A DNA stretch of 64,000 bases. Origin: Phallusia mammillata. Taxonomy: Eukaryota. The notes below the pieces were generated by a model. It was not told the origin of the DNA and ran no database searches. It saw nothing but the letters and a program-made list of their open reading frames with translations. The stretch is from the NCBI GenBank assembly GCA_965637545.1, contig OZ281494.1:17174001-17238000 (forward strand). Direction: 5' to 3'. This document shows positions 1-12,788 of this stretch, in pieces. The number at the start of each line of letters is the position of its first letter. Positions within the stretch are counted from its first letter, which is position 1. The position numbers were made by a program, and so were the translations under genes.

Positions 1-173
1 GTCATCTGTTAAATAGTTTTCGTACATATTGCAAACGTATATCAGTTATACTCCGCAAAAATGAACTTACCTAAACATACACTTGAACTAGCCGTCTTCA
101 TCCAGTACACGTCATCCCTTGGAAAATTAAGCTTTTAACATTCACGATTGGGCTAAAAAATTGTTATTTGCAG

Positions 174-1131
174 CATACGTCCGGCATTGTCAAGCAACAA
201 ATGTAGTTCAACAGCCAACGCCATTAATTCAAACAAGCTCCTTGTTTGCGTTCAACTTCACCGTGATTCGTGATCCCTAATAAAACACATAGGCCAGCCA
301 AAATTAACCTTTTTTCACCAGCACAGTCACCTTCACTGCTAGTGAGTACGTGACTGGAGGAAGCGCCAGAGTCAACGTTCTTTATAAACAATCGATTGAT
401 TGTTCCTCTTTGAGCTGGGAATTTTTGCATTGTATGGGCGTTCATGTGTGTGCTTAGAGTTGGTTGTTATATGAACCAAGTATGGCTACAGAGTAAAAGT
501 GGTTTAGTTTGTTGGGTTGTTTAAAGCAGTTTACCAGCGACTGTGTGATTCGTAATAATTTAATTGTGAAAAGGAGAAATCAATGCTGTATCAGTAAAAT
601 AGCTGCTCTAAGTTTCAGCGCAAATGAAAATTTGATGAACTGAAGGTGGCCTGTGAGTTGTAGCTTTTTCCATTAATGTGCTGAAAGATGATCGTCAAAA
701 ACACGACATGAACATAGTTGAGCACAGCTACATGTATAAAATGGCGAAACAGGTAGTCAGTTCAGCAAAACTTGTGGTGCAAACATTTGTGACTGCAAGT
801 TTTTGGTATTTACGCTGAACCATTGAGCAAATTTAATCCTGCTGGACTAAAACAATATTTTTTTAACCAGGAATAGCCATTGAGAATGTTATTCCAAAGA
901 CTAGTCCGTTCTTCGCTGGTAACTCACGTGACTAAACGAACTAAGGTTACCCGTCCAGAATGGCCCAGACTGTCTCATCCTGAGGTTGGAAGACAACACA
1001 TTCGCCCTCCTCAGAGCCCATCAACACCAATGGTGATTGTTATGTTCATTTTTGTATTTCGATCGTACTTTAGGAAAGGTAACTTTCATTCGGCAGGTGC
1101 ATCTATCCCTGATTTTATCTTACCTGATTAA
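174..1131 (+). other. Possible exons of an unidentified gene (no consistent model)
   Basis: Pyrimidine-tract+CAG acceptors at about 173, 321, 870, 958 and 1096, with GT donors at about 263, 342, 919 and 1033 and short open frames (IAIENVIPKTSPFFA, WPRLSHPEVGRQHIRPPQSPSTPM). I could not join them into one stop-free reading frame or recognise a family. Confidence 0.25.
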
Positions 1132-2535
1132 ACATAGTTTAGACAGTTGTTAAGCAAATCTGGCACTTCTAACTTAAGACACAGCTCTCGTTGCTTGGTG
1201 GACAAAGACTATAATGAACCTTTTTGCGAACCGTTTTACCGATACAGCTTGTTATGCTTGTTTACAGATACTGATGATGCTGTTAAGGCAAAATCTATAA
1301 TATGTGTCTCAAAATTAAAAGGACTAAAAGGGACGGTCTAATGACCTAATGTTTTTCATAAAACTTAATCGATTGTTGCAAAATAAATAAATTTCCGTTC
1401 ATCTAGAAGGGGTGAAAGCTAATACTTGCAAATAATCGGTTTCTTAGGTGAAAAAATGTAGCTTGGAATATTTCAAACTTACACTGTGTTAAATTAATAG
1501 GATTTGGCAATCGGATTTACTGTGATGTGCACATTCTCCTTTGGTCCAGCACTTTGGAGCGCATCCCAGTGGAAGAAATTTCGACCAGATGACAACGGAG
1601 GCTTTGCATAGACTGGATTCCATAAAATTTGCATAGTCTATAAAACTTTGCTATTAAGTATACTTTATTGAACTTTTCAACTGTTTAGAATTTCAACCTG
1701 GCTTTCGAAATAAACCATACACCAATAAACCACGGGGTGTCGCCAAAGTGGTAGCCTGTATCCAGTTTTGTCAGGGTTGCAAACAAAACCTTTACAACGA
1801 ACGCCCATCAACAAATCCCTTTTACTTTAAACAGTGACGGAAACCACATTGTCATTTCATAATACTAATTCTTAGTTTGCATAAAAAGCTCCAAAAAAAT
1901 GATTGGCTTGAAATGTTTAGGGGCGCGAGGTCCTCTCCATTCTAAAGAAACCTCTGGTACAAATTTGTACGTATGCACTATGCAAACATACAACGGATAT
2001 GATTTTTAATGAGTCAAACCATTATTTTTTAGTTTCTTTGGAACGTTGTTCCGAATGTCTTGCTTTTTACAAACTGCTTTATATGTGCTCGGCCGGCTCA
2101 ACAAGCTTTAATTATTCGTATGTTGAAAATCAAAACATACAAATTGCGAGCACTCATATAAACAACAAGCGAGGTTTGTCTGTAAGGTGCATTGGGTATG
2201 AACAAAAATTCCTTCAGATATACTGTGTTGAATATTGTTATTTGTAGATACACCTTTTCGAAAAATTTTTACGTACATTGACAGCATAGATATAGCGCAC
2301 AAACTAGTGGTCGCTGCACCTGCGAATGGGTTATGGAACCTGCGAATTTTTAGAGTTTAAAGTGTAGTTTGGGGTTGATTGGTTGAAAGAGATACTGTAA
2401 AGCTAAAAGTGATTGTTGTGCTATAGAATCATTTAAAGATACAGTGGCCTATAGAGTGCGCTCCTGTAGCATGCAACCTACATAATAAACACATCACTAC
2501 ACACCATCGAAATTTACAGTTATTTTTAGCTGTTT

Positions 2536-5158
2536 TTAAACACCAAACTTTAAAATGGCTCTTCCTCTTATTTTTCCTTGTTTTACCAAGTCGATGGCAT
2601 CATTGACCTCGTCCAGGTCAAAGTATTGTAACGGTGGTGGTGTCAACTGCAATTAAAAGATGTTTAATACCACGACCATCTTGTTAGCAAGAAGAAGCCA
2701 AACAAGCAAGTTAATAAAATTGCCTTTTTTTCGGCCACCAACTCCATAAGTTCCTTCAACTGGTTTAAACTGCCAACGTGAATTCCTTGAATACGTTTTG
2801 AGTCCAGTGCGATCATGGGCAGAGAAAAGTTGGCTGCACCACCAAACAAACCAACCATGACTTGGATTCCAGACTGCAAAATGAAGTTAGCTTTTCTTAT
2901 AAATTTGCTATGTCGTTAGAGATACATATAGGCTTAGATTACAGTTTGTCTAAAAAAGTAAAGTTATTTGATGCCAATATGTTTATCGTATGGCACAAAA
3001 AGCTAATTCATTTGATATGTCTTGTATCTTTATACCACAAGAAAATTGAATAAAACCTTTTTTACTTTGGGAAATGGGCATTTTTATCCGTACTAAATTC
3101 TGTGTTGTTAGAGTATAGAATCAAACATTGTTATGCGAGGTTAACAATTACCGTTAACAAACAGTTAAACGCTCGTTCAGATGTGATCTTTGAGTTCACT
3201 AAGTCCACGACGGCATCGAATCCTCCGCGCAAGCCCTTTTCCTTTGTTGCTGCTACGACGTCATCTTCCACACAGTCACGTGACCACAAAACCGTGTCGT
3301 CACAACCACGTAATTTGGCTGTAGCCAATTTCTCTTCCTGTCGAATTTTTCCCTTACTGGATGGAGATGTGAAGAACATTTTATTCACTTACTGATATGT
3401 CGGCTATTATAATCTTCGTGTTACTTGGCAGAACAGCTTGAGCGATTTGTAAACACCAAAGACCCAAACCTCCCGCACCAACGATTAGTAGAGAAGCTTT
3501 ATCTGCAAAAGTAGAGCAAGGATAAAAAAGCAACTAAAAATAATACGTGACTTGATTATTATTACCGTTGTTGTGACGTAAAACAAACACTACAGTGCAT
3601 GTTATCGCTGCTATTTTGTTTATCAATGCTTTCAAACCTGTGATTTTAGTGCAGAGACATATACAATCATACCTTGAAACTTTAAGAGTGTTTCAATAAC
3701 CGGTTTTACGTGACTAACTGCGTTGTATGTTGTAACTCCCGCACAAGGCAACATGCAAGCAACGTCCAATGGCACCGCATCTGGAACGAGAATTGCTGAA
3801 CGAGCTTCTGGCACTACAACGTGACTCGCGTATCTGAAAGGAAACAATATTGCAAAAAGGTAGAAACGGTTTACAAACAGTAAAAGCACACTTTACTATT
3901 TGCTAAAGAAGGTTAGATTTTGTGCTTTTTATAGGTTTAAAAAGTGTAACATATGTTATCATGATGATGTATTGAAATCGAAGTTGTTTTACGAACAAGT
4001 TACATACGCATCATACCCGCCAGGAATTCCAAATCCGTAGCAGGTGTCTCTTACTGAGCAAAAGTTGCAGTTACCCTGATCACAAAAGCGACAAGAACCG
4101 CATCCTCTCCAGGGATAAATTGCAACTCGATCCCCAATCTTTAGTTTGCCTAGAATACATAAATTCTTGTCTTTAAGTTTCATGCAATAGTGGGGCCCTC
4201 CAAATGTGTAAAACTGCGTAGTGTTGAAATAAGTTAAATACCTTTCAGCTACATAATGTGAAAACATTTTGGACAAACCGTTGTTTTGCAAATCTGAGCC
4301 TATCGAGTGAACGATTCCAGACATCTCATGCCCTGGAGATATTGGCAACTTGTATTTTGGATTTGCGGAGTACCTTTTTTTCTCAAAACCGAAATCCACC
4401 TCATCTTTCAATTGGAGAATGTCCGAATGACAAATGCCACTGTAGGATATCTAAAAAATCTTTTTTTGTAGTACTGCGTGTAAAAATATGTAAAAAATAA
4501 ACGGACATAAAAAAACAGCTTTGGAATCGTTAATGCAGACCTACACATCAACGGTAAAACAACTAACACTGGAACTCAGGTGACGCCCGGTTTGGTAGGT
4601 GGCGCAACAGAGTATAGGCATTTATGGTGTCAGCACCCTAAACGCCTATGCTCCGTTGCGTCACTTACCAGAAATTCCCAGACCGGGCGTCAGCCAAATT
4701 GCAGTGTTGGTAGCTCTACCCACAACAACATTTAACTGTGACTAGCAACACATCTTGCATTCTCTGAATTTTTTGACATCTTTTTTATAATTTTATTTTT
4801 AATTGCATTTTTGTTTTGTTGTACGGATACAAAGCAAAGTGAAAAATGCATTTTATATGAGTCGGGTATCAGATCGGATATCAGTACTCTGTGTAAAAGT
4901 AGTGCTAGCCCTATAAAATACTATACCCTAAAAACAACTACAAAACATGTATAAAAGGTACACATTTTCAAAACCTAACACATTTGTCAGAAGTATCATT
5001 TGTTTGAAGTGATAGGCTACATGTAAACGTTTAAAAGTAATTATACGTTTTATAACAAATTATACCTTGACAACTAATCCGTGCCTCGGAGGATCCGGTA
5101 TGTCAGTTATGCAAACTTTCAATGCTTCCCGTAGTTTTACAATTTCTGCCTTCTTCAT
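2536..5158 (-). CDS. Zinc-dependent alcohol dehydrogenase A (MDR superfamily, 6-hydroxyhexanoate-DH/AdhP-like), 8 exons, 371 aa
   Basis: Exons 5158-5066, 4450-4279, 4149-4017, 3833-3673, 3502-3393, 3337-3152, 2873-2724, 2646-2536 join in frame (1116 nt). Motifs: GICHSD, GHE, structural Zn CGSCRFCDQGNCNFC, LPCAG, Rossmann GAGGLG, IIADIS, VGLFGG, GKIRGRAILKF. Last intron has a GC donor. Confidence 0.93.
4565..4708. repeat. 144-bp foldback (long imperfect inverted repeat) in ADH-A intron 1
   Basis: AACACTG..TGACGCCCGGTTTGG..TAGGTGGCGCAACAGAGTATAGGCATTTA pairs with TAAACGCCTATGCTCCGTTGCGTCACTTA..CCAGACCGGGCGTCA..CAGTGTT around a GGTG-TCAG-CACC apex. Confidence 0.8.
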
Positions 5159-5378
5159 GTTACTTTTAGTTTTTTGCTACTGTTTCATACGTATCGCCAG
5201 CAAGTATAAGCATAAATATAAATGTATAGATGTCTACAAAAACGCAATCACATAAAAGCAACGAATCCTGTTTGCATTATGCGCATGCAGCTTGTGAACA
5301 ACTTTGAATGAAGGACTCTTGAGTATCGCTAATATAAACATCAACCTTTTTGAATAGTGTTGGTCTGCATTTAGTTCG

Positions 5379-5725
5379 AGGGCTCTACAGACATACTGCG
5401 TTTGCTTCAAGCGTTCATGTCAGCCGTGCGGAACAGCATTTGGTACGTCCCGTCGCGTTTGGCGTCGTGCGGTGACCTTTGCACACAACTCGCGGTTGCC
5501 GTGGCACATGCTGTTCAAGCGTTCTGTATTTTGGCTGATCTTGGTCCACATGTTGTCTTTTTTAATTTGGTCCTTGTAATATTTGTTTTTAAAATTGTAT
5601 AAGTATGGGGGCATCCCGGATCATTTGAATTAAAATTTCATTAAAACTCATCTTAATTGTTTTGCTAAAACCTTAAGACAAACTTTTTAGTGCAATGTGA
5701 CAAATAAACGCAGTATTTTTAGCCC
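5379..5725 (-). mobile_element. Deleted PIF/Harbinger-like element carrying a frameshifted MADF-domain fragment
   Basis: Minus-strand ATG at 5651 reads MSFNEILIQMIRD, then after a 1-nt frameshift PYLYNFKNKYYKDQIKKDNMWTKISQ (MADF-like). Left end AGGGCTCTACAGACATACTGCGTTT; degenerate inverted copy AAACGCAGTATTTTTAGCCC at 5706-5725. Confidence 0.5.
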
Positions 5726-6237
5726 AAGTTCTCACAAAGTCCACTTAGTTCAATTTCGTTGACACAAAACATCAACGCGTCAAGCGGATTTTTTTATTTG
5801 TCACTTGAGCAGAATCTTTGAATGATACATTATTTTATGTTCGACGTGAAAAACTGATTGTTGAAACCTTCTTCGGTAACTGTGATGCTTTAATTTAGAA
5901 AAAAAGACATAAGAACTATTTTAATGTGTTATGATTTTGTTATTGTTGATTGTCACCTATTTACAAACTATGTCACCATAAAGTAAAAATCCCAAGCATG
6001 TATCGAAAAACCGAATCACATTTCGCCCCCTGACTCACTTTTTTTACTTCGACACAATATTGGCAAATTATGATCTTTATTTTGTTATTTACAACGAAAA
6101 GTACAATCAAATAACTCGAGCTGGTAAACTTATGTAACTTACAAGCTGGCCAACTAATAGCATAAACACCGTCACTTGCAAACAAAACAGATCCAATGCT
6201 CAAAGTGTGACCGAAATTAGCTTTTGTTTGCTTACGT

Positions 6238-6700
6238 CAGAGGTCACCAAACTGTTTTCAGTGTGGGCCGGATAAGTTTAAACATGATTCGCGCTGGCCG
6301 CATAGTTTTCATGCCCTAGCGCCGTCTTTCCAAACTTAGCCCGCGAGGCGATTTTGATAGGGCCGCCAAGATATTATCTTTCTACAATCACATTCAAAAT
6401 CTGGTAAAGCGGCTGTTAAATTGTATAAGTCGCCTCATCTTACGAACAATACTTATATTACGTCACAAGTAACAAAGAAGGCAATTGTTTGCGCACAATT
6501 GACACTTGTAGTCTTGTCTGTAACGTAACAAACTGGCTTTGGATCAATCCTGGGCGTTGTAAGCCTTTAAAGCTAGGTAGTATTATTCTACATATCGCGA
6601 CAGGAAAACCTTCGTGAGGAGTAGATTGATTTTACAAAGTTATCTATACGATTTGGCAAACCAAAAATTGTGGTCGCGGGCCGCAGTTTGGTGACCTCTG
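6238..6700. mobile_element. Non-autonomous hAT MITE, 463 bp
   Basis: TIR CAGAGGTCACCAAACT / AGTTTGGTGACCTCTG; 8-bp TSD GCTTACGT at 6230-6237 and 6701-6708. Confidence 0.9.
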
Positions 6701-6724
6701 GCTTACGTGTTAAATACGGTAGAC

Positions 6725-7047
6725 CAGTGGTTCCCAACCTTTTTTGTTACATTCCTCCCTTTGCCCATTTTCGAACTATTCATTCCTCCCCATAAGACGA
6801 AAAACAAATAAAACATAAAAATTATACCAATTTGAAATAGACCTAATAATTAGGGATGTCCATTTCAGAATCCTTTACAACCAGTTCCAAATGTGAACCG
6901 GCCAAAATTATAATGGACATAATAATGTGGATACAAAAATATTCCAATGTAATTTTTTTTACAGTTTTTATGATTTTTACAGATTCCTCCCTTAAACTCA
7001 TAAAATTCCTCTCTAGGGAGGAATTCCTCCCCGGTTGGGAACCTCTG
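6725..7047. mobile_element. Non-autonomous hAT (Charlie-like) MITE, 323 bp
   Basis: TIR CAGTGGTTCCCAACC / GGTTGGGAACCTCTG; 8-bp TSD CGGTAGAC at 6717-6724 and 7048-7055. Confidence 0.88.
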
Positions 7048-7222
7048 CGGTAGACACTGATTTCAAATCAGTGATTTGACTGCTCTCAAGCAAAGCGATA
7101 CAAAATATACAGAAAAAATTGCGACATAGTACATTGAGATAATCTTGTCATAAGCAATATTGAGTGCACATCATTTTACGATTGTTATTTTGCTTGAAAA
7201 CGGAAATAAATCGATACTTTGT

Positions 7223-10200
7223 TTAAATCTTAGCTTCATTAGTTTCCTTTGATGTTGTGGGAGAAATGGTGCCAAATTTTATAATTCCTCTCCCTTTCAT
7301 TTTCCCCTCGTCCATCATTTGTAAAGCTTCAGTTACTTCGTTCAGTTGAAAGTACTTGATGGGTGGTGGAACAATCTGACGGAATATTTGCGTTTAGTGT
7401 ATTTTGTAGAGATGTACCGAATATTCGGTTTGCCGAATTTATTCGGCCGAATCGGCCACTTTTGCAAAGATTCGGTTTCGGCCGAATAATTTGTTGCGAT
7501 TCGGCCGAAACCGAATCTTTTACGAACACCTATTTAAAGCGTTAAACGTGTCATTTCTGCTTAGTACCAACGGAAATCGCGTTTATCATTATATTTTGTA
7601 ACATACTGACACTTTTCCCACTGCAGACAAAAAAATCAGTATTTCATTGTCGGGTTGGCAATCATGCTTGAGGCGATGTAAACCCCACATAACGAAAATA
7701 AGGACGAAACACAACCATTCTGCACTAATTGCATGGTAGATAATCTTCTGTTTTCATGTCAAACGTGTAGGGTACGACTTTGTGTGACGTCATAAAAGAT
7801 TCGGTTGATTCGGCCGAATTTATTCGGCAAAACCGCCGAATATTCGGTTTCGGCCGAATCGAAATTTCGCTGATTCGGTACATCACTAGTATTTTGTTCC
7901 CGTTATTTACTGAAAAAAGTCTCGTGCGAAGCTTGTGGTTTTATAAAGTACGATTTGCTGTGAATAATCGATTTGGCTGATAATAACACATCGTTTTGTC
8001 ACAGATTTGTCACTTTTAAAAGAACGATGGTATGGTACTGATGTCATACGTTTCACCGAAATATTAGTAAAAGTTTTTTAGTTTATATTACAAAAGGCTG
8101 TGATCGCTTCACTTTTGACTGACCCGATGTTCTGTAAGCATTTGCAAAAGTTCACGCAAGTGGTCAATTTTTCCTGTGTACACTCCTCTGATCTTTTTCG
8201 AGTCCATAACCACCCGAGGAAGAGAGAGTTGCGCACCCCCTCCGAATAAACCAACCATGATAAGAATTCCATTCTGCAAATTAACATTTTGAAAACGCGG
8301 ATTATTCATTTACCTTTACCTACTAGTTAAAGAAGTTAGCAAACTTTAAAAAACTAAAAAAAATAAAGCCTCCCATTTTTTTGTAAACTGATTATAATCA
8401 GTATATATATAAATAATTATAAATAATTATTTATCATAGCTACGGTTTGTATTTTTAAGTTGTACATGAGTAAGGAACAGTGTAACATGTGCTACCTTTC
8501 TGAGACAGCCAAAATTTCTTTCGAATGTAGTTGTAGTGTTCACGAAGTCAACGATTGCGATGAATCCTTGTTTGCAGCAGCTCTTTTTGACTGTATCTTC
8601 CATGATCGTTTTTTCATCCTTGTCACGTGACCACAAAACTGTATCGTCACATCCGAGTTGGCGCGCCACTGCTAGCTTCTCCTCCTTACATAAGCCAGTG
8701 TAGCAACATGGGTTTGTAATATGATACAAATTTAGCTGTTGTACCAATTGGAATTTTATTTATGAATTGTCAAATTGAGCTTTGAAGCCAATGTCATGCA
8801 TGATTTTTTACAAGAAGAAAATCACCCCACTTAGTATCATATAAGCGCGGTTTGACGTGACAATTTGGTTTTTAAACTCTTCATTCCAACCTTTTGGCGT
8901 TGGCAGATAAGTAAACACGCTATCCCCTCCTACAGCTCGATAAAACATCTTTAGCTTGTGAACATTTTTGTATCTTGATTATGCAACATATACAATATGA
9001 ACTAGTATGCTTACAGCTACATCTGCGACAACGATTTTGGTCGTTTTTGGAAGCGATGCTCTACATATTTGTAAACACCACAAACCCAATGCACCAGCTC
9101 CAACGATCATCAGGCTTGCTTGACCTGGAAGGACACACGATTATTACGCCTAATATATCTGTATAAATGCTAAAACCAATGTTGTTCTATACCTGATCAT
9201 CTTTTTGTCTTAAAAAAATGGTTTTGCACTTACAACCAAATTTGCAGTACAACGCAAAATATCAAATTACCTTCAAATTCCGTGACCATCTCTACATCTG
9301 GCTTTGCAGCAGCCATAGCACTGTAAGCAGTTATACCGGAGCATGGTAACATGCAGGCAATTTCCATTGGGATAGAATCTGGCACTTTTACCACATAACG
9401 CTTATGTGGTACCTGCACATATGTAGCAAATCTAAAGAAAAACGTATAATCTATTCAAACCATGCACTCTTGTCTCTAAAGGGGGGATTTTTGCACAAAC
9501 AATTAATGATTTAAAACTTACTTAACCCTTTGCTTACCCTCCTGCAATAAGTAGACCGATGTACAGCCGTTTATCGCATATATTGGAACAATTTTTTATG
9601 CAGTACTGGCACTGTTGACATCCAATCCAGGGATAAACAACCACTCGATTATTGACCTGAAGATCGTCAGCTAAAGAAACATATCTGATTGATTTTTTTT
9701 CGAAATGATGTTGGTATGTTTGCTTGATGTATCACTAGTTTTTTTATAAGTAATTGCTTATGTAAAATATCAATTTTCTACGAAATACGTTGACTACTGT
9801 GAATACTGTAAATAGTTCTTACCACAGAAACTGGCCAATAAAGTTCCTTCGGGTATGTTTAATTGAACAATCTTTGCTGGCAGTTAAAGAAAGTAAAAAG
9901 CAAAAACATAATAAAGTGATGGAGTTTGCAAACTTACATGGTTTAATGTTATCTCCCAATGAATAAACTGTTCCTGATATTTCATGTCCAGCTACACCTT
10001 TGTACCCCGGAAAACTAGTAAATTTCAACACAGCCCCGCCCAAATCGATCTTGTCTTGCCATTGGTGGAGATCCGAATGACAAATTCCAGTGAAGGCGGT
10101 CTAAACATATCAGTAATGAAAATATACGGATATTTATAGCGACAGGAGCCTTACCAATTGCAACTGGTATAGACCACGGCAAACAAGCTCATGTCTCGGG

Positions 10201-11506
10201 TTCGAATCCCACCGCATGTTAATGTATACCTTGCAGCATGAAAATGCTTGTATTGATTCGCTATAACCCCACTAATATCCCTGACGTGTGGTTAATTTTT
10301 GAAATGAATCAGATAATGAATTGACAAACTTGTACAACAATAAAATCCAGCCGGTTTAACCGATGTCAAATAACTACCGTAGTTACCGAATAAACAACTA
10401 AACGAAACTATAGCAGCATATTCAACGTTGGTTCAACGTTGATTTCTAATGCGATTATGTAGCCATGTTTTCTGCTAACAAGTGAAACATGATCAAGTTA
10501 TTTAAAATAAACGTTTGCATTGGTAAATTTCAATAATCCCAAAGTGTATACCCTAAAATAATTTAAATCACATGCTATATTTTTTGCCAAAACAATCTGT
10601 TCCAGCAACTTCGTGTTCGTAGAAAATACATCGTGCATCCAATAACAGCTCAGGTGTTGGTTTAGTTTTACTTGTAGTAGGGACTTCAATTGTAATTGAT
10701 GAAAGTAAGACAAAATAAGGACTCAAGTTCAAAGCTAGTACATTTTAAAATAACAGCAATAAATTAGATATTGCCTTTCAAAGTAAGGATAAATCTTAGA
10801 AATAAGGACAGTATGGCAACCCTGGCTATAATATAGCTTTGATTCGTGTTTTGAGCCCCGAACACCCATTTATCCTGTACGAGAGTGTAGGTAATGTCAA
10901 GTTTACTTGTTCGTTGTACTTATCGAAAAATTAAATTTGGGTCTGCCGTGAGGTATGGTGTTGGTAGATTTTCAATTCTTAACTTCATCCTCACACTTTA
11001 CGTGGTTGTTTAAATTTTTTTGTTTTCTGTTGTTAGCATCCTACGAAGTTTTAATAGTGAATATTCTTAAAGTTTGACAGTAACAAAATGTAAACTTATG
11101 GAATTCCGGTATGACTATAGTTAGAAAGTATATGGGCCGTTTTTACCACAATCACGTATAGGCCTAATGTAAGTGCATGTAAAGCCTATCTTTGTCACAC
11201 CCCGCTGGTAAGTAAAAAAAATTAAATTAATAGGGTCAGAAATTTTAATGAAAGCTTTCTAATACAGAACAGATTCACTAAAAACAGGATAAAACCCAAT
11301 TACTGTTTTTGCATACCATCGTACACTAATTACTAGTCTTCTTATCTGCTACTATAATATACCTTGGTAAATCTTTATGATAACACCTTTACATTTTATA
11401 ATAGTGAACTTACCTTTACAATCAAACCATCAGGAGGTGGTGATGGAAGATCAATTTGCTCAATTTGCAGCGGTTCACTTGCTGTCACAATCCTTGCTTG
11501 CTCCAT
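7223..11506 (-). CDS. Zinc-dependent alcohol dehydrogenase B, 8 exons, 383 aa
   Basis: Exons 11506-11414, 10100-9938, 9670-9538, 9431-9271, 9124-9015, 8684-8496, 8273-8124, 7375-7223 join in frame (1152 nt). Motifs: GICHSD, DLGG, GHE, CQQCQYCIKNCSNIC, LPCSG, GAGALG, VVADVA. C-terminal extension ends EAKI. Confidence 0.93.
7407..7888. mobile_element. hAT MITE (TAGAGATG family), copy 1, in ADH-B intron 7
   Basis: TIR TAGAGATGTACCGAAT / ATTCGGTACATCACTA; subterminal CCGAAT/ATTCGG repeats; 8-bp TSD GTATTTTG at 7399-7406 and 7889-7896; homologous to 17172-17638. Confidence 0.92.
10160..10217 (+). repeat. Degenerate tRNA-derived SINE fragment
   Basis: B-box GGTTCGAATCC at 10199-10209 in the context GCTCATGTCTCGGGTTCGAATCCCACCGCA, shared with copies at 24302 and 24607; no cloverleaf. 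Confidence 0.5.
10716..10824. mobile_element. Single hAT-type terminus (TGGCAACCCTG) with AATAAGGAC subterminal repeats
   Basis: AATAAGGAC twice, then TATGGCAACCCTG (reverse complement of CAGGGTTGCCA); partner terminus and TSD not found. Confidence 0.35.
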
Positions 11507-12788
11507 TGCAATTACTGACTTATGCAGTTTGCCGCATGCAACTTTCTCGTTGCCGGAGATGAACCAAACGCAGGATATGAACAAATATTTGCCTGCTTGC
11601 TCGAGGTTTTACGCCCACTGCGAACCTCCAATAGAAACTCCGTTAAATGCTTACTATATTCCCGCCTCTGTAGAATATTAATTTGGCGACCACATGCACT
11701 ATATTGTCAATGCCTCACTAAGCAAAGTAACGCACACGCTATCTGCACTAACCGCTGCATGTAATATTGCGCGACCAACTGTACTGGATAGGTGAAAAAA
11801 CTGGTTAGGATGTTGATTGGGTGTTTGACATGAGTCTTGTTCAGATTTAATTTATATTATCGTTTAGTTTCCTTTGAAAGGATATACGTTCAGCAGCCAA
11901 ACTCCAGAGCAACTGTGAAGCTGTCCAATGGTTTTTGCGTTTTTCATAAATCGCAAACTTTTTGGATTTTTAAACAATGGTATAGATAAGAAAAGAGAAG
12001 TAATAAAAAGTAATGATTCATGACAAAAACGTCGTTATTTCCTGCTGTGTTTTCATTACCAGCAGTTTTAATCTGTGAGTGCAAATTTATCCACATCAAT
12101 TAACGCATGTCACGTAGTTTATCGATTACAGTGCGTGTTACGCAAGCATTTGAAAAATATAGCTCTTCCGATCGCACATGTAGCTGTAGTGTCAAAAACG
12201 CGGGACTCATTTTCTACATCGTACCTTCAAACACACAAGGTTTTGTTTGCGACTCAAATTCCGATGTCTTGTCGAGCTGTCAGCAGATTCATTCATTTAT
12301 TGCCTGTTCAGCAATAGTTCGTTTGAATGGAGCTTCAGCGGTCAGTAAATATAGTACTTGTTAGCTCAAGGCGTGTGTACTATGCTTCAAATTCCTACAC
12401 ATCAAAACACAACCTACCGCAATGAAAAGGTTGAGGAAATAGTCTTCATACGAACCAAGAACACATTGTGTTTGACTGAATATCTAAAACTACGGTTTAA
12501 AGTATTTATGGGTCACAGTTTCAAAACTATTTTCTTTAAATTATGTTATTTTGGTGGATGGCATGTATATTCGTTTACACAAATGTAAACTACTTTCTTT
12601 GCTGCAAATTGCTCAAGTCCACTTATACTGCATTTCTGTTGTTTAATTCTATCGGATACGTGAGCACCACCTTGATTGCAAAACAATTTAATTTTGATAT
12701 ATGGCTACCCTTATGCAGAATATTGTACATTACACAGAAGGTTTAAATGGATGTATATTGCGTAATGGACACAAGAGCTTTCCAAAGG

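Noticed and set aside
1733-1800. GGGGTGTCGCCAAAGTGGTA resembles a tRNA 5' end
   Set aside because: No T-arm, B-box or acceptor-stem partner.
1490-2340. Possible small multi-exon gene on the minus strand (e.g. HTYKFVPEVSLEWRGPRAPK)
   Set aside because: Phase-consistent joining needs 36-41-nt introns, there is no clear start and no recognisable family; may be real but is unsupported.
4150-4278. ADH-A intron 2 is 129 nt, in frame and stop-free (ORF 3989-4411 reads through it)
   Set aside because: With over 30 introns in the window one such case is expected by chance; splice sites are canonical and the paralogs lack the insert.
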